NCBI RefSeq assembly: GCF_963921235.1
Contig: NC_086108.1
Span: 90,584,001 to 90,648,000 of the forward strand
Source: Mobula hypostoma
Taxonomy: Eukaryota
Direction of reading: 5' to 3'
DNA: 64,000 nt
Shown here: piece after piece, positions 49,746 to 61,900 of the stretch
How the letters are laid out: every line of letters begins with the position of its first letter
Position numbering within the stretch: the first letter of the stretch is position 1
Notes under the pieces: model-generated
Told to the model about the DNA's origin: nothing
The model's database searches: none
The model's input: the letters and a program-made list of their open reading frames with translations, nothing else
Translations under genes and position numbers: made by a program

Positions 49746-50446
49746 AACTTTACTCCTCTTTAAGGATAGTCTTCCATTGTTTGAATAGTAATGGAAACAA
49801 CCTATAATGAGGTTTCTAGGGAATGCATTTTCTCTAGAGGGGCAGCCCTTAAGTCTGGCTTACCTAAAAGTAAACTCTCGAGCTGCACAGATGTCACACT
49901 TTACCATCTGGTGTATACAAACCACAGTAGCTTACAATTTATCATAGAAAAATGGATATGCCAAAAAAAAACTCTGTTCAACTCTTATTTAACAATCTTA
50001 TTTACCATTCCCCGCTATTAAATTGTACCCAGTGTTGTAGCTCACTATAGGTTTTTGGATACAATTCAAAATTCAGTCTATTTCTCTGTTTGCCTTCCTG
50101 AGTAACTGGAAAACCCCTTACTTTCAAGTCTGGCATGGTGCTCTGAAACAATATAATTTGTATCAAGGCATGGCATTGACATGCATTTGAAACCATACCA
50201 ATGAAAGTTATACTGGCAATTTCATTTCCTTTTGGATAAATTCACGTTAGTCAAAATTGGCTTGGTTGCTGCTTTAAAGATTGCCCAATAGATAAACGTG
50301 CAAGCTAAAAGCCAAATTGAAGATTTATATCTAATAAATATTAATAAACACAAATAATTCAAGGACTTGTAGGAGCGGTGAATTAAATTGAACCATTAGG
50401 ATAAATGATTACGAGCACATGAAATATATAAGCCATTCAGCAATTG

Positions 50447-50618
50447 AAATGCAAAACACCGTGGATGCTGGAAACCAGAAATCAGAACAGAAATTGGTGG
50501 AAACACTCAGAAGGTCAGGCATCATCTGTGGAGAGAGAAATTCAGTGAATCTTTCAGTTCAGTGACTTTCATCAGATGAAAGGTCTATTGAAAGTCATTG
50601 ACCTGAAACATTGACTCT
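50447..50618. mobile_element. Old head-to-head Penelope terminal repeat remnants
   Basis: GGATGCTGGAAACCAG...AGGTCAGGCATCATCTGTGG (minus) meets GATGAAAGGTC...CCTGAAACATTGACT (plus). Confidence 0.55.
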
Positions 50619-50832
50619 TGTATCAAGGCACTAGATTGACATGCATTTCATTCATACCAATGAAACTCTAACCGGCAGTTTAATTTCTTTAGCATTGCAG
50701 TATCTTCATCAATATCTGCTTTTATTCAGAGCCTTTGTGTACTAGATAGGACTACTTCTAAATGTCTGAAAAAATACTTTTTTATTTTTTATTAAAAAAA
50801 AATCTGAACCTAATGCTTTGTGAAAGGTATTT

Positions 50833-51218
50833 GACAAGGGATGGCAGGCATGGTTGTTCCCTGTGGAGATCGGCTGCAGGGGTTTCCCAGCCAAATCAGC
50901 ATGGCGGTTGTTGTCAGATCTGGGCCTGGACAAAAGGAGCAAAAAACAAACAGCTCGTAGGGTGGGGAAAGAGGCAGAACGAGCTTCTTGTTGGATTTGG
51001 AGTAGGCGAGAAGAGGGAAGCTGGAAGCCAGGAGCAGATGGGCAGTGATTTGGCCACCACTGCCGGCCCACCAACTGGAGAGTGTTGTGGTTAACGGTCG
51101 AAACACTCATTGAAGGTTGGGAACCACCTGATGACATCTGCTCCTGGCTGAAGGCTACAGTTACCTTATAAGGTAACTGGAGAATGCACCCTAACAGGTG
51201 TATGTAACAAGTAACAAG
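50833..51218 (+). mobile_element. HERO-like non-LTR retrotransposon 3' end (restriction-like endonuclease C-terminus and 3' UTR)
   Basis: DKGWQAWLFPVEIGCRGFPAKSAWRLLSDLGL...EAERASCWIWSRREE*; (GTAACAA)2 tail. Confidence 0.75.
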
Positions 51219-51385
51219 ATTAGATAGAAGAATGAAAAATATTCCAAAGAACAACAAAAAACACATTTAATTAAAAGTTGTCCATTAGATTAGTAAGACA
51301 GTACAAAGAACAAACCATGTCTCAGAATCAAACATTTAGAACTTGGTAAAATTGAAGTAATTATTTTGTATAGTATTGCATAGGA

Positions 51386-52175
51386 CAGCGGTCCCCAACC
51401 ACCGGGCCGCAAAGCATGTGCGACCGGGCCATGGGCCGCGAACCACGAGGAAACGATATGATTTGGTGATATGAAACGATATGAGTCAGCTGCACCTTTC
51501 CTCATTCCCTGTCACGCCCACTGTTGAACTTTTATCGCACGCGAGGTCATCAGTGACCCAAGAAGTGCAAAGGACTGGGTCCGTGACCCATTTGTGAATG
51601 TTTCTGGTGAATTTTCCATGTCAGCGCGGGAAGGAGATCAACTCCTCGAGCTTGCAAATGACGGTGGGCTGAAAAGTATGTTTGACATAACGTCTCTGCC
51701 AGCATTCTGGATCAAAGTCAAGGCTAAATATCCTGAGATAGCCATGAAAGCACTGAAAACGTTGCTTCCATTTCCAACATCATATCGCTGCGAAGCGGAG
51801 TTTTCTCGATGAATGCAGCACCTAATCAATCATCTTGTTTATTTCGGCTTTTTTCTTAAAGACATACCAGGTGAGTTCCGGTCACCCCTGTACTGCTGCA
51901 TTCTTCACGGCCCAGAGGTTTGGGACCACTGTTATAGTTGATTTATCACTATATTCATGCGAGGAAAATATGCGTTGTGTGTTTAATATTAATTTTGTTA
52001 GATAAACCCCTTTAGAAACGAAATTGAGTGTATTAGCCACTTATAAGTGACTTATCACCTATATTCTGGTCGTGATTAACACCCACCCCGCCCTGCACCC
52101 CCCGGGTCAGCCGGTCCGCAAGAATACTGTCAATATTAAACTGGTCCGCGGTACAAAAAAGGTTGGGGACCCCTG
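51386..52175 (+). mobile_element. hAT Buster/Charlie-family transposon, internally deleted
   Basis: TIRs CAGCGGTCCCCAACC / GGTTGGGGACCCCTG, perfect 8-bp TSD GCATAGGA, dimerization-domain peptide WVRDPF...LLELANDGGLKSMF...FWIKVKAKYPEIAMKALKTLLPFPTSYRCEAEFS. Confidence 0.93.
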
Positions 52176-52399
52176 GCATAGGATATACAGTAAATACAGA
52201 AACCAGAGTGTTATAACATTCATTATACAGTACAATTGATTTTCCTTCTGTTCTTTCTCATTCTGCTTTTTTCCCCATCCCTCAAATATATCCATTAATA
52301 GCTCAATAATTCCTGATGAAGTTTTTCAACTTCAAAAATGGAAGTGGCAATTATCTTCTTTGTATGCAAGAAGCTTTTAGACCTTCATTTTCTCACCTC

Positions 52400-54325
52400 G
52401 CACCTTTCGTCATCAGTACAGGTGCACCACAAGGCTGTGTGCTTAGCCCCCTGCTCTACTTGCTTTAAGCGTGTGACTGTGTGGCTGAGCACAGCATCAG
52501 TGCCATATTCAAGATTGCTGATGACACCACAGTGGTAAGCGGAATTAAAGGTGGTGACGAATCAGCATACAGGAGGGAGATTGAAAATCTGGCTGAGTGG
52601 TGCCATAACAACAACGTCTTACTCAATGTCAGCAAGACCGAGGAGCTGATTATTGACTTCAGGAGGAGGAACCAAGAGGCCCATAAACCAGTCCTTATCG
52701 GAGGATCAGAGGTGGAGAGGGTCAGCAGCTTTAAATTCCTCGGCGTTATTATTTTGGAGCACTTGTCCTAGGTCCAGCAAGCAAGTACAATTATGAAGAA
52801 AGCACGTTAGCGCCTCTACTCTTTCTGAGTTTGTGAAGATTCTGCATGATGTCTAAAAATTTGCCAATCTTCTATAGATGTGCGGTGGAGAGTATATTGA
52901 CTGGCTCCATCACAGCCTGTTATGGAAATACCAATGCCCTTGAATGGAAATTGCTACAAAAATTAGCGAATACGTCCCAGTACATCACAGGTAAATCCCT
53001 CCCTGCAGTTGAGCATATCTATCAAAAGTGTTGTTGCAGTAAAACAGCATCCATCATTAGGGTCCCCTACAACCCAGGTCTTGCTCTCTTCTCACTGCTA
53101 CCATCAGGAAGAAGGTACAGGAGCCTCAAGACCATCGCCACCAGGTTCAGGAACAGTTATTACCGCTCAACCTTCAGGCGCTTGATCCAAAGGGGATAAT
53201 TTCACTCGACTTCACTTGACCCATCATTGAAATGTTCCCATGGATTGTTCATCTCATGTTCATGATATTTGTTGCATATTTATTGATTATTATTATTTCT
53301 TTCTTTTTGTATTTGCAGTTTGTTGTCTTTTCCTCACTGGCTGAACACCCAAGTTGGTGTGGTCTTTCATTGATTCTCTTATGGTTATTATTCAGTTGAG
53401 GATTTATTAAGTATACCCATAAGAAAGGTCAACATGATGCCTGCGTACAATGCTCCCATGGTCAACATTTTCTGGATTGAACATGGAACCATATATTTCA
53501 CTTATTTTATGTCTTTTGCATCCATTTCTCATCTTGATTTTGATTCTGGAACTGCTGGAGCCTGTGATTTACAGTTTGGAGGTAATTTCGATGTTTCAGC
53601 ATTCTGAAGTTTCCAAGGGGATTCAGGGAGGCAAAAGCAGCATGCATGAACCTTGTGGCAAGAAGGCTGCAAGATGGTGTGAGCTGATGTTAGACTCCAT
53701 TTCATCGATTAAAGCTTCCATTGTGCGCTGATTAAAGCTATGAGGGAGATTGAAACATTGAAGTGAATATGAAGGGTGAGGATCGGCTGCCTGCCTTTTG
53801 ATCACTGGTGGGATTGCTCTGCTGTTGGAGAGGGGAGACTGCCTTTTGATCCTGGTGGGATTTCTCTGCTGTCGGAGAGGGGAGACTGCCTTTTGCTCAC
53901 TGGAGGGATTGCTGTGCTGCCAGAGAGGACAGAGGCTGCCACTGTTACCCAGGTTTATTGCGTTTTGGATATGGATATGATATGGACTTGGACTATGGAC
54001 TTTTTTTCAGTCTTATAGTTTTTTTATATTTTGCATTTTTGGCATGATCTTTCTTGTTTTTTTGTTTGCGGGGGAGAGGGATTTGGAGGGGCCAATGTGC
54101 CTGTTCTGTTTTTGTTCATTTTTTTGAGCAAGGAGGGGGTATTTGGGGATTGATGATCGTGCTGCTGTTCTTTCCTTTCTTTGTTTCATGGCTATCTGGA
54201 GAAGAAGAATTTCAGAGTTGCATACTTTGATAATAAATGAATATTGAACCTTTGAAAATGCATCTCAGGGTTGCATATGGTGACAAATATGCACTTTGAT
54301 CATAAATTTACTATAAACTTTGAAC
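52400..54325 (+). mobile_element. Rex1/Babar-type LINE (RT and 3' end) with nested insertion
   Basis: IFKIADDTTVV...LNVSKTEELIIDFRR...SSFKFLGV; FYRCAVESILT...LLPSGRRYRSLKT. The 3' UTR is split by about 53430-54255. Confidence 0.88.
53430..54255 (+). mobile_element. Non-autonomous retroposon with internal ~46-bp tandem repeats
   Basis: GACTGCCTTTTG...GGATT...CTGCTG x3 (about 53785-53935); Rex1-like tail CTTTGATAATAAATG...GAACCTTTGA. Confidence 0.55.
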
Positions 54326-54409
54326 TTCTTTGCTCAAGAAGAGGCCCAGACTGTTCAACTGTTTCTGATATGTGTACCCTCACATTACCTGAACCATTCT
54401 TGTAAATCT

Positions 54410-54848
54410 TATAGAGTGATACAACTTGGGAACAGGCTCTTTGACACATCGAGGCCATGGTGACCATCAACCAGCTATTCATTCCTACCCTGCACTAATT
54501 GCATTTTATTGTTCCACATTACTATCCAATGTCTCCAGATTTCAGCGTTTACCAAAAACAACAAGAAATTTATAGTGGCCAATTAATTTTCTGTCTCGGC
54601 CTGAAACGTCGACTGTACCTCTTCCTAGAGATGCTGCCTGGCCTGCTGCATTCACCAGCAACTTTGATGTGTGTTGCTAATCTTCTGACTGATGACTTTG
54701 GAATGTCGGAGGACACTGGAGCACCTGGAGGAACCTCATGTGGTCACAGGAATGTGAAATCTTCACACTGATAGTGCCCAAACTCAGGATTGGATCTGGA
54801 TTTCTAATCTGTGAGGCAGCAATTCTAATAGTAGTTTTCTACAGCCTT
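54410..54848 (-). mobile_element. V-SINE interrupted by a Penelope repeat piece (about 54591-54678, plus strand)
   Basis: V-domain antisense GGAGGACACTGGAGCACCTGGAGGAACC. The insert reads GTCTCGGCCTGAAACGTCGACTG...AACTTTGATGTGTGTTGC. Confidence 0.65.
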
Positions 54849-55360
54849 AGTATCCTCAAGTGTCTCCATATCCTCCTCCAAATATGGTGACCAGGATACT
54901 CCAAGCTTGGTCGAGTCACAGTTCCAGACAGGTTTTAAATTATCTCCTTACCTCAACTCTGTCCCTCTAAAAATAAACTCTTATTCTTGGTTTGCTTTTA
55001 TTATGGCATTGTTAAGCTATGGCACAGCTTTTAGTAATCAGTGTATTTGAACTCAGGAATTCCTTTGTTTTCTCTAGCCTATCTAGACTGACAGCTCTCA
55101 AGAAACAAATGAGCTCCTTTCCCTTTCTCTCTTGCTCTCTTGCTGTCTTTTTCTTTCTTCCTTCCTTTCTTTCTTTCCTTCTTCCTTTCCTTTCCCTTTC
55201 TAGCCCTTTGAATCATGCCACTCCAGCAACCCCGGTTAACTCAAACATGGGAAAATTTACATCGTCCAATTAACTTATTCAGTAAGTCTTTGGCTTGTAG
55301 GAGGAAACCAGAACACGTGGGGAAAGCCCACACTTTCCACAGGGAGGACATATACAGGCT

Positions 55361-55558
55361 CCCACAAAATGCTGGAGGATCTCAGCAGGCCGGACAGCAT
55401 CTACGGAAAAGAATAAACGGTTGATGTTTCGGGCCGAGACCCTTCATCAGGACTGGAAAAAAAGATGAGAAGTTAGAGCAAGAAGGTGGAGGGAGGGGAG
55501 GAAGAAGTACATGGTGGTAGGTGATAGGTGAAACTGGGAGAGGGGGAGGAGGAGTGTA
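55361..55558 (-). mobile_element. Penelope 3' terminal repeat fragment
   Basis: Family tail plus hammerhead and a purine-rich upstream tract; abuts a V-SINE piece at about 55200-55358. Confidence 0.8.
55418..55455 (-). ncRNA. Minimal type-I hammerhead ribozyme motif (core and helix II intact, helix I weakened)
   Basis: CAGUC CUGAUGA A GGG UCUCGG CCC GAAA CA UC AACCG. Confidence 0.65.
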
Positions 55559-55559
55559 A

Positions 55560-55860
55560 CACCCTTAAGAGCTCTTTTAGGCTTTTCCGATACCATAGAA
55601 CTCATCTTGCAAACGGCTGCTCACAAGCATGTGTCTAAGCAATGCTAGCTAGAATACAGTTCCCGGGGAGAGTGGCTGCTCGGGGCGCACACTGCCTTTT
55701 ATCGCGTGCTGATTTTTTCGCGCCCTGATTTTTTATCGCGCGCTGCTTTTTTTTTGTAACAGTGAAAACACCTTCTGAAAGCGAAAACAGGGTACTAATG
55801 TAGGTCTTTCGTAACAGTGAGGTTTCGTAAAGCGAACTTTCAAAAAGCGGGGGACACCTG
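55560..55860. mobile_element. Tigger/pogo-like transposon end
   Basis: ...TTTCGTAAAGCGAACTTTCAAAAAGCGGGGGACACCTG|TA terminal repeat; the other end is missing. Confidence 0.6.
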
Positions 55861-56495
55861 TATTATACTTTGACACTCTCACTCAGATCATTAAATTGTG
55901 ACCGGCTGTGGCTTTTACAGATCACCAACCGTCCCTCCCCTACCCCAGAAGACTACCATTCACATCTTTTTTAATCTAAAAAAAGGCTGATTTATTCCTA
56001 CTCTTTGTTGTGTCCATTAACCAATCACAGAAGAACAATTTATTACCCCACTATCATGTGCTTCAGTTTTCTTCAGGAATGCACTGCATTGTGTGATACC
56101 TTATGAAATATACTATGTCAACAGGTCTGCCTTTGTCTGCTTTGCTCGTTACATTCTTAAAATGCTCTAACAGATTTGTCAAACATGATTTCCGATTCAT
56201 AAATTCATGTTGACTCTGCTTAATTCTGTTGCTGCCATCATTTTCACAGTTATTGATGTAAGGATAAATGGGGTTTAGTTCTCTGATTTCTCTCTTCCTC
56301 TTAAATAATAGGGTTATATTTACTTTTTTCTGATCTGTTCTCAAATCTGTGAAATACTAGCAAGGAACAGCTAATTCATCTTCAATTTTTTGAGATGGAG
56401 TGCATGAAAAGTTGGAGATTTAGCTCCTTTAATACCTCCATTAGCAGCTTGTTTCCCTGAGTCCTTGACTTGCTATAAACTATACCCTACTTCCA

Positions 56496-56712
56496 AAAAC
56501 AAACGAGAACATTTGCAGATGTTGGAAATCCAAGCAACACACACAGAATGCTGGAGAAACTCAGCAGGCCAGGCAGCATCTATGGAAAAGAGTACAGTCG
56601 ACATTTTGGGCCAAAATTTCGACTGTACTCTTTTCCATAGATGCTGCCTGTCCTGCTGAGTTCCTCCAGCATTTTTTGGGTGTAGCCTTACTTCCAACAA
56701 ATCTGTTGTGTT
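56496..56712. mobile_element. Head-to-head Penelope terminal repeats (fold-back)
   Basis: About 70-bp imperfect inverted arms centred near 56610. Confidence 0.8.
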
Positions 56713-56744
56713 TTCTTCTCTGAAAACAGACACGGAATAGAATA

Positions 56745-58930
56745 TCATAAGACCATAAGACATAGGAATAAAATTAGACCGTTTGGCCTATCGAGTCTGA
56801 TCCACTATTCCATTATGACTGATTTATTATCCTTCATCCTCCTGTCTTTTTCTTGTAACTTTTGACACCTTCACTCATCAAGATTCTGTCCAAGAAAAGT
56901 TCCACTCTAAATATACCCAATGGCTTGGCCCTCATAGCTGTCAGTGGCAATGAATTCCACGGATTTACCAAAAGTTCAATGTACATTTATTATCAAAGTA
57001 TGTATACTTTATACAGCCTTGAGATTCGTCTCCTTACAGGGAGCCAGAAGACAAAGAAACCCAAGAGAATCCATTAAAACAAAAGAAGACTGTCGAGCAC
57101 CCAATGTGCAGAGAAAAAAGAGCAAATTGTGCAAACAATGAAAGTAAGCATTCAGAAGTAAAGTCCGCGAAAGTAAGTCCACAGCCAGGCAGATTCAGAA
57201 GCCTGTTAGTTGCAGGCCCCAGCCTCAGTTCAGCGCAGAGACGAGTAAATCTTACAGAGCAGTGAGCTGAAGTTCAGCGCAAAGACGAGTAAACCTCTTG
57301 GATCAGTGAGCTGTGCTGGTCTGTCCCTTGCCTCCAGCCCCGACACCTTGATCTTTTCAATCTGGCCCAGCACTTACTGAAGAAATTCCTCCTCATCTCT
57401 GTTCTAAAGGGACGTAAAATATTGTTTAACCACTCTCCTCTCATTTAGTCATCGATTTCTGACGCAGTCAGAAGGGAAACAGATTAGTTTAAGATATTCC
57501 TTTCCTTTTTGTATATCAGTAGAACACTTTCTGATTTGTGTTTATATTTCTTGCTGGCCTGTTTTTCTGGCTTTCCATTTCTTTTTTAATGTCCTGGTTC
57601 TTCCTTGCTGAATTCAGAAAATGTTCTCAATCCTCAGGCTTTGCTTGTTCCCAGCAACATTATAAACCTTTCCCTTTGATCTAATACTATTTTTAACTTC
57701 TTCCGACAGTCACATCAGACTATTTTTCTTGTTTTTATTTTGCCTTAAGGTCATATATATAACTTATATATTATGTGCTAATTCTTTGATAGTGAGCTAT
57801 TGCCTTTTTTCCTTGTATAGCTTTTCGTGTTGTTTCCCTATCCACAACAGCAGCCTTCACCTCATTCTTTCATATTCAGATTTAATATGCTGGTTTCAGA
57901 TTTAACTAAATCATTAATAGTCTGTAGATAATAATTCTGCAATATTATGATCATTATTCGCTGAAGGAGCCTTAGCTACCAAATCATCAGTTGGCACTTT
58001 CTTATTGCACAGCACGTGATCTAAGATAGTCTGTTTCTTTCTTGGTTCTTCAACATATTGATCTGGCAAGCTATCTCTTATACACTTTGTGTACTTATCC
58101 TCCATACAGTTTCTGGTCGCAGAGTCATGGAGCATGGAATGATAATTTGGTTTGCCCAGTCATATGTAGATTGAAGTCCATCATGATTATTTTACTCTCT
58201 GAGAATAATTATCATCAAAAGTAAATGCTGCCCTTACCTTCAAGCCCATCCAAGAAATAAATGCAAACACTTATAGAATTTCTTTTTCTTCATAAATAGA
58301 GATGAACACAGAACTACAAGTACTTCGTCTTTGCAACCAAAAATAAAACACAGAATAGTACAGGAGCAGGCCCTTTGTGCCACAATGGTGTGCCGAAGCA
58401 ATTAAATTAGTAATCAAATGGCTAATTAAACTAATCTATGCTGCCTACACAATGTCCATATCCTAATCTTTTCCTCACATTCATGTTCCTATCCAAACAT
58501 CTCTTAAAATGTTTCTGGCTCTTACGCCATCCCAGATAGTCCATTCCACGCACCCATCAATCTCTGCGTTTAAAAAAAACTTGCCCTTCAACTCTCCTTT
58601 CAAATTACCCTCTCTCACTTAAATGCATACTCGTTGGTGTTAGACATTTCAATGCTTGGAAAAAGGTTTTGTTTGTCTGGTCCATCTGTGTCTCTTGTAA
58701 TCTTATGAACCTCTATCAGATCTGCCCTCAGTCTCCGCTGCTCCAGAAAAAACGTCCTCCTATAATGGAGCAGCCAGAACTGTTTGCAATACTCCAGATG
58801 CAGCCTATAAAGCTGCAACATAACTTCTTGACTTGAACTCAGTGCCACAGGTAATAAAGACAAGCATGCTATATGCCTTCTTAACCACCCTATCAACCTA
58901 TGTAGCTGCTTTAGGGAGCTATGAACTTGT
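56745..58930 (-). mobile_element. Mosaic of CR1 fragments with a Rex1-tailed insert (about 56970-57375)
   Basis: CR1 tails at about 56745 and 58345; DQYVEEPR...ILDHVLCN...NDHN; LHLEYCKQFW...RRLRADLIEVHKI. Confidence 0.65.
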
Positions 58931-59086
58931 TTGAATTAGTTTTAAATTGTTGCAGAGTAGTGGCAATATCCTGGAGCAACTGAAAACTTACAAAAATATT
59001 TATCTTCTATATTCCCATTTACTTCATCTTGAGAAGTATCATTGGTGGAAAAAGTTTATTTGTTTTATAGAGAGCAAGTCAGGTTA

Positions 59087-59372
59087 AAGCAACACACATA
59101 GAAGTTGCTGGTGAACGCAGCAGGCCAGGCAGCATCTCTAGGAAGAGGTGCAGTCGATGTTTCAGGCCGAGACCCTTCGTCAGGACTAATTGAAGGAAGA
59201 GTGAGTAAGGGATTTGAAAGTTGGAGGGGGAGGGGGAGATCCAAAATGATAGGAGAAGACAGGAGGGGGAGGGATGGAGCCAAGAGCTGGACAGGTGATA
59301 GGCAAAAGGGATATGAGAGGATCATGGGACAGGAGGTCTGGAAAGAAAGACAAGGTGGGGGGGACCCAGAGG
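59087..59372 (-). mobile_element. Penelope 3' terminal repeat fragment inserted in CR1
   Basis: Family tail, hammerhead and purine-rich tract. Confidence 0.82.
59151..59188 (-). ncRNA. Minimal type-I hammerhead ribozyme motif (best-preserved fold)
   Basis: UAGUC CUGACGA A GGG UCUCGG CCU GAAA CA UC^GACUG; helix I is UAGUC/GACUG. Confidence 0.72.
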
Positions 59373-59436
59373 ATGTTAAACTTGGGTTGTCTGCTCTGGA
59401 GTATTGGAGGCTGAGGGGAGATCTGATAGAAGTTTA

Positions 59437-61900
59437 AATGAATTGAATTGACTTTATTTCTTACATCCTTCCTTCACATACAGTGGCATGCAAAAGTTTG
59501 GGCACCACCAGTCAAAATTTTTGTTCTGTGAATAGTTAAATGAGTAGAAGTTGAACTGATCTCCAAAAGTCATGGAGTTAAAGATGAAACATTCTTTTCA
59601 ACACTTTAAGCAAGACTAGTGTATTATTTTTGTTTTGTATAATTTTAAATGAAAAAAAGGGAAGGAGCACCATGCAAAAGTTTGGGCAACCCAAAAGATT
59701 TGAGCTCTCAGATAACTTTTACTAAGGTCTCAGACCTCAATTAGCTTGGTAGGGCTATGGCTTGTTCATAGTCATTGTTAGGAAAGGCCAGGTGATGGAA
59801 ATTTCAAAGCTTTATAAATACCCTGACTCCTCAAACCTTGTCCCAACAATCAGCGGCCATGGGCTCCTCTAAGCAGCTGCTTGCAGTCTGAAAATTAAAA
59901 TAAATGATGCCCACAAAGCAGGAAAGGCTATAAGAAGATAGCAAAGCGTTTTCAGGTAGTCGTTTCCTCAGTTCGTAATGTAATTAAGAAATGGCAGTTA
60001 ACAGGAACGGTGGAGATCAAGTTGAGGTCTGGACGACCAAGAAAATTTTCTAAGAGAACTGCTCATAGGATTGCTAGAAAGGCAAATCAAACCCCCGTTT
60101 GACTGCAAAAGGCCTCCAGGAAGATTTAGTAGACTCTGAGACTGATGCATTTTGGAAACAAGTCCTGTGGACTGATGAAGTTAAAATAGAACTTTTTGGC
60201 CACAATGAGCAAAGGTATGTTTGGAGAAAAAAGGGTGCAGAATTTCATGAAAAGAACACTTCTCCAACTGTTAAGCATGAGGGTGGATCGATCATGCTTT
60301 GAGCTTGAGTTACAGCCAGAGGCATGGGGAATATTGCACTGGTAGAGGGAAGAATGAATACAATTAAATACCAGCAAATTCTGGAAGCAAACATCACACT
60401 ATCTGTAAAAAAGCTGGAGATGAAAAGAGGGTGGCTGCTACAACAGGATAATGATCGTAAACACACCTCAAAATCCACAATGGACAATCTCAAGAGGTGC
60501 AAGCTGAAGGTTTTGCCATGGCTCTCACAGTCCCCCGACCTAAACATCATGGAAAATCTGTGGATAGACCTCAAAAGAGCAGGCAATGCAAGACAGCCCA
60601 AGAATCTCACAGAACTAGAAGCCTTTTCCAAGGAAGAATGGGCGAAAATCCCCCAAACAAGAATTGAAAAACTCTTAGCTGGCTACAAAAAGTGTTTGCA
60701 AGCTGTGATACTTGCCAAAGGGGGTGTTACTAGGTACTGACCATGCAGGGTGCTCAAATTTTTGCTTCAGGCCCTTTTCCTTTTTTGTTATTTTGAAACT
60801 GTAAAAGATGGAAATAAAAAAGTAGTCTTGTTTAAAATATTAAAGAAATGTGTCATCTTTAACTTTATGGCTTTTGGAAATCAGGTCATCTTTTACTCGC
60901 TTAGCTATTCACAGTAACAGAAATTTTGACCAGGGTGCCCAAACTTTTGCATGCCACTGTACATGAGGAGTAAAAATCTTTACGTAATGTCTCCATCTAA
61001 ATGTGCAATGTGCAAATATAGTAATTTATAATAATTTATAATAAATAGAACAGTCAATGTAACATAAAATACACTCAAATCAGCGTGAGTTAATTAGTCT
61101 AATGGCCTGGTGGAAGAAGCTGTCCCAGAGCCTGTTGGTACTGGCTTTTATGCTGTGGTACTGTTTCCCGGATGGTAGCAGCTGGAATAGATTATGGTTG
61201 GGGTGACTGGGGTCCTCAATGATCCTATGGACCCTTTTTACACCTCTGTCCTTGTATATGTCCTGAATCATGGGAAGTTCACAACTACTGGCTGTCTGCA
61301 CCACTCTCTACAGAGTCCTGTGGTTAAGGGAGGTACAGTTTCCATACCAGGCAGTGATGCAGCCAGACAGGATGTTCCCAATTGTGCCCCAGTAGAAAGT
61401 TCTTATGGTTTGGGGGACATACCAAACTTTCTCAACCGTCTGAGGTGAAAGAGGCGCTGTTGGGCCTTTTTCACCACACAGCTGGTGTGTACAGATGACG
61501 TGAGGTCCTCGGTGATGTGGATGCCGAGGAACTTAAAGCTGTTTACCCTCTCAACCCGGATCCATTGATGTCAATAGGGGTTAACCTGTCTCCATTCCTC
61601 CTGTAATCCACAACCAGCTCCTTTGTTTTTGCGACATTGAGGGAGAGGTTGTTTTCTTGACACCACTGTGTCAGAGAGATGACTTCTTCCCTATAGACCA
61701 TCTTGTTATTGTTTGAGATAAGGCCAATTAATGTATTGTTGTCAGCAAATTTAATTAGCAGATTAGAGCTGTGGGTGGCGACATAGTGATGGGTATACAG
61801 GGAGTAAAAGAGGGGACTTAGTACACAGCCCTGCGGGGCTCCTGTATTGAGAGTCAGAGGGGTTGGAGGTGAGGGAGCCCACTCTTACCAGCTGCCAGCA
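59437..61900 (-). mobile_element. Rex1/Babar-type LINE (RT to 3' end), with the tail split by Tc1
   Basis: GAPQGCVLSPLFYSLYT, IKFADNNT, LNVAKTKELVVDYR, LFQLLPSGKQY...DSFFHQAIRLIN; (TTGAA)n tail at about 59437. Confidence 0.88.
59481..60959 (+). mobile_element. Tc1 (DD34E) transposon with both TIRs; transposase disrupted
   Basis: TA|CAGTGGCATGCAAAAGTTTGGGCAC ... GTGCCCAAACTTTTGCATGCCACTG|TA. MGSSKQL start at 59859, WTDEVK, and QQDND...DLNIME with 34 residues between D and E. Internal deletion and a stop at 60300-60302. Confidence 0.95.

Noticed and set aside
51095..51140. Type-II hammerhead in the HERO 3' UTR (GAAAC...CTGATGA)
   Set aside because: Core words are present, but helices I-III and a UH site cannot be formed with correct geometry.
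50742..51266. 174-aa minus-strand ORF as a host gene
   Set aside because: It is antisense to the HERO-like endonuclease frame and shows no recognisable domain.
51594..51812. Domesticated ZBED/Buster host gene exon
   Set aside because: It lies between TIRs with an 8-bp TSD, is truncated, and lacks splice context.
59859..60740. Active Tc1 transposase
   Set aside because: Frameshift, internal deletion near 60135 and an in-frame stop at 60300-60302.
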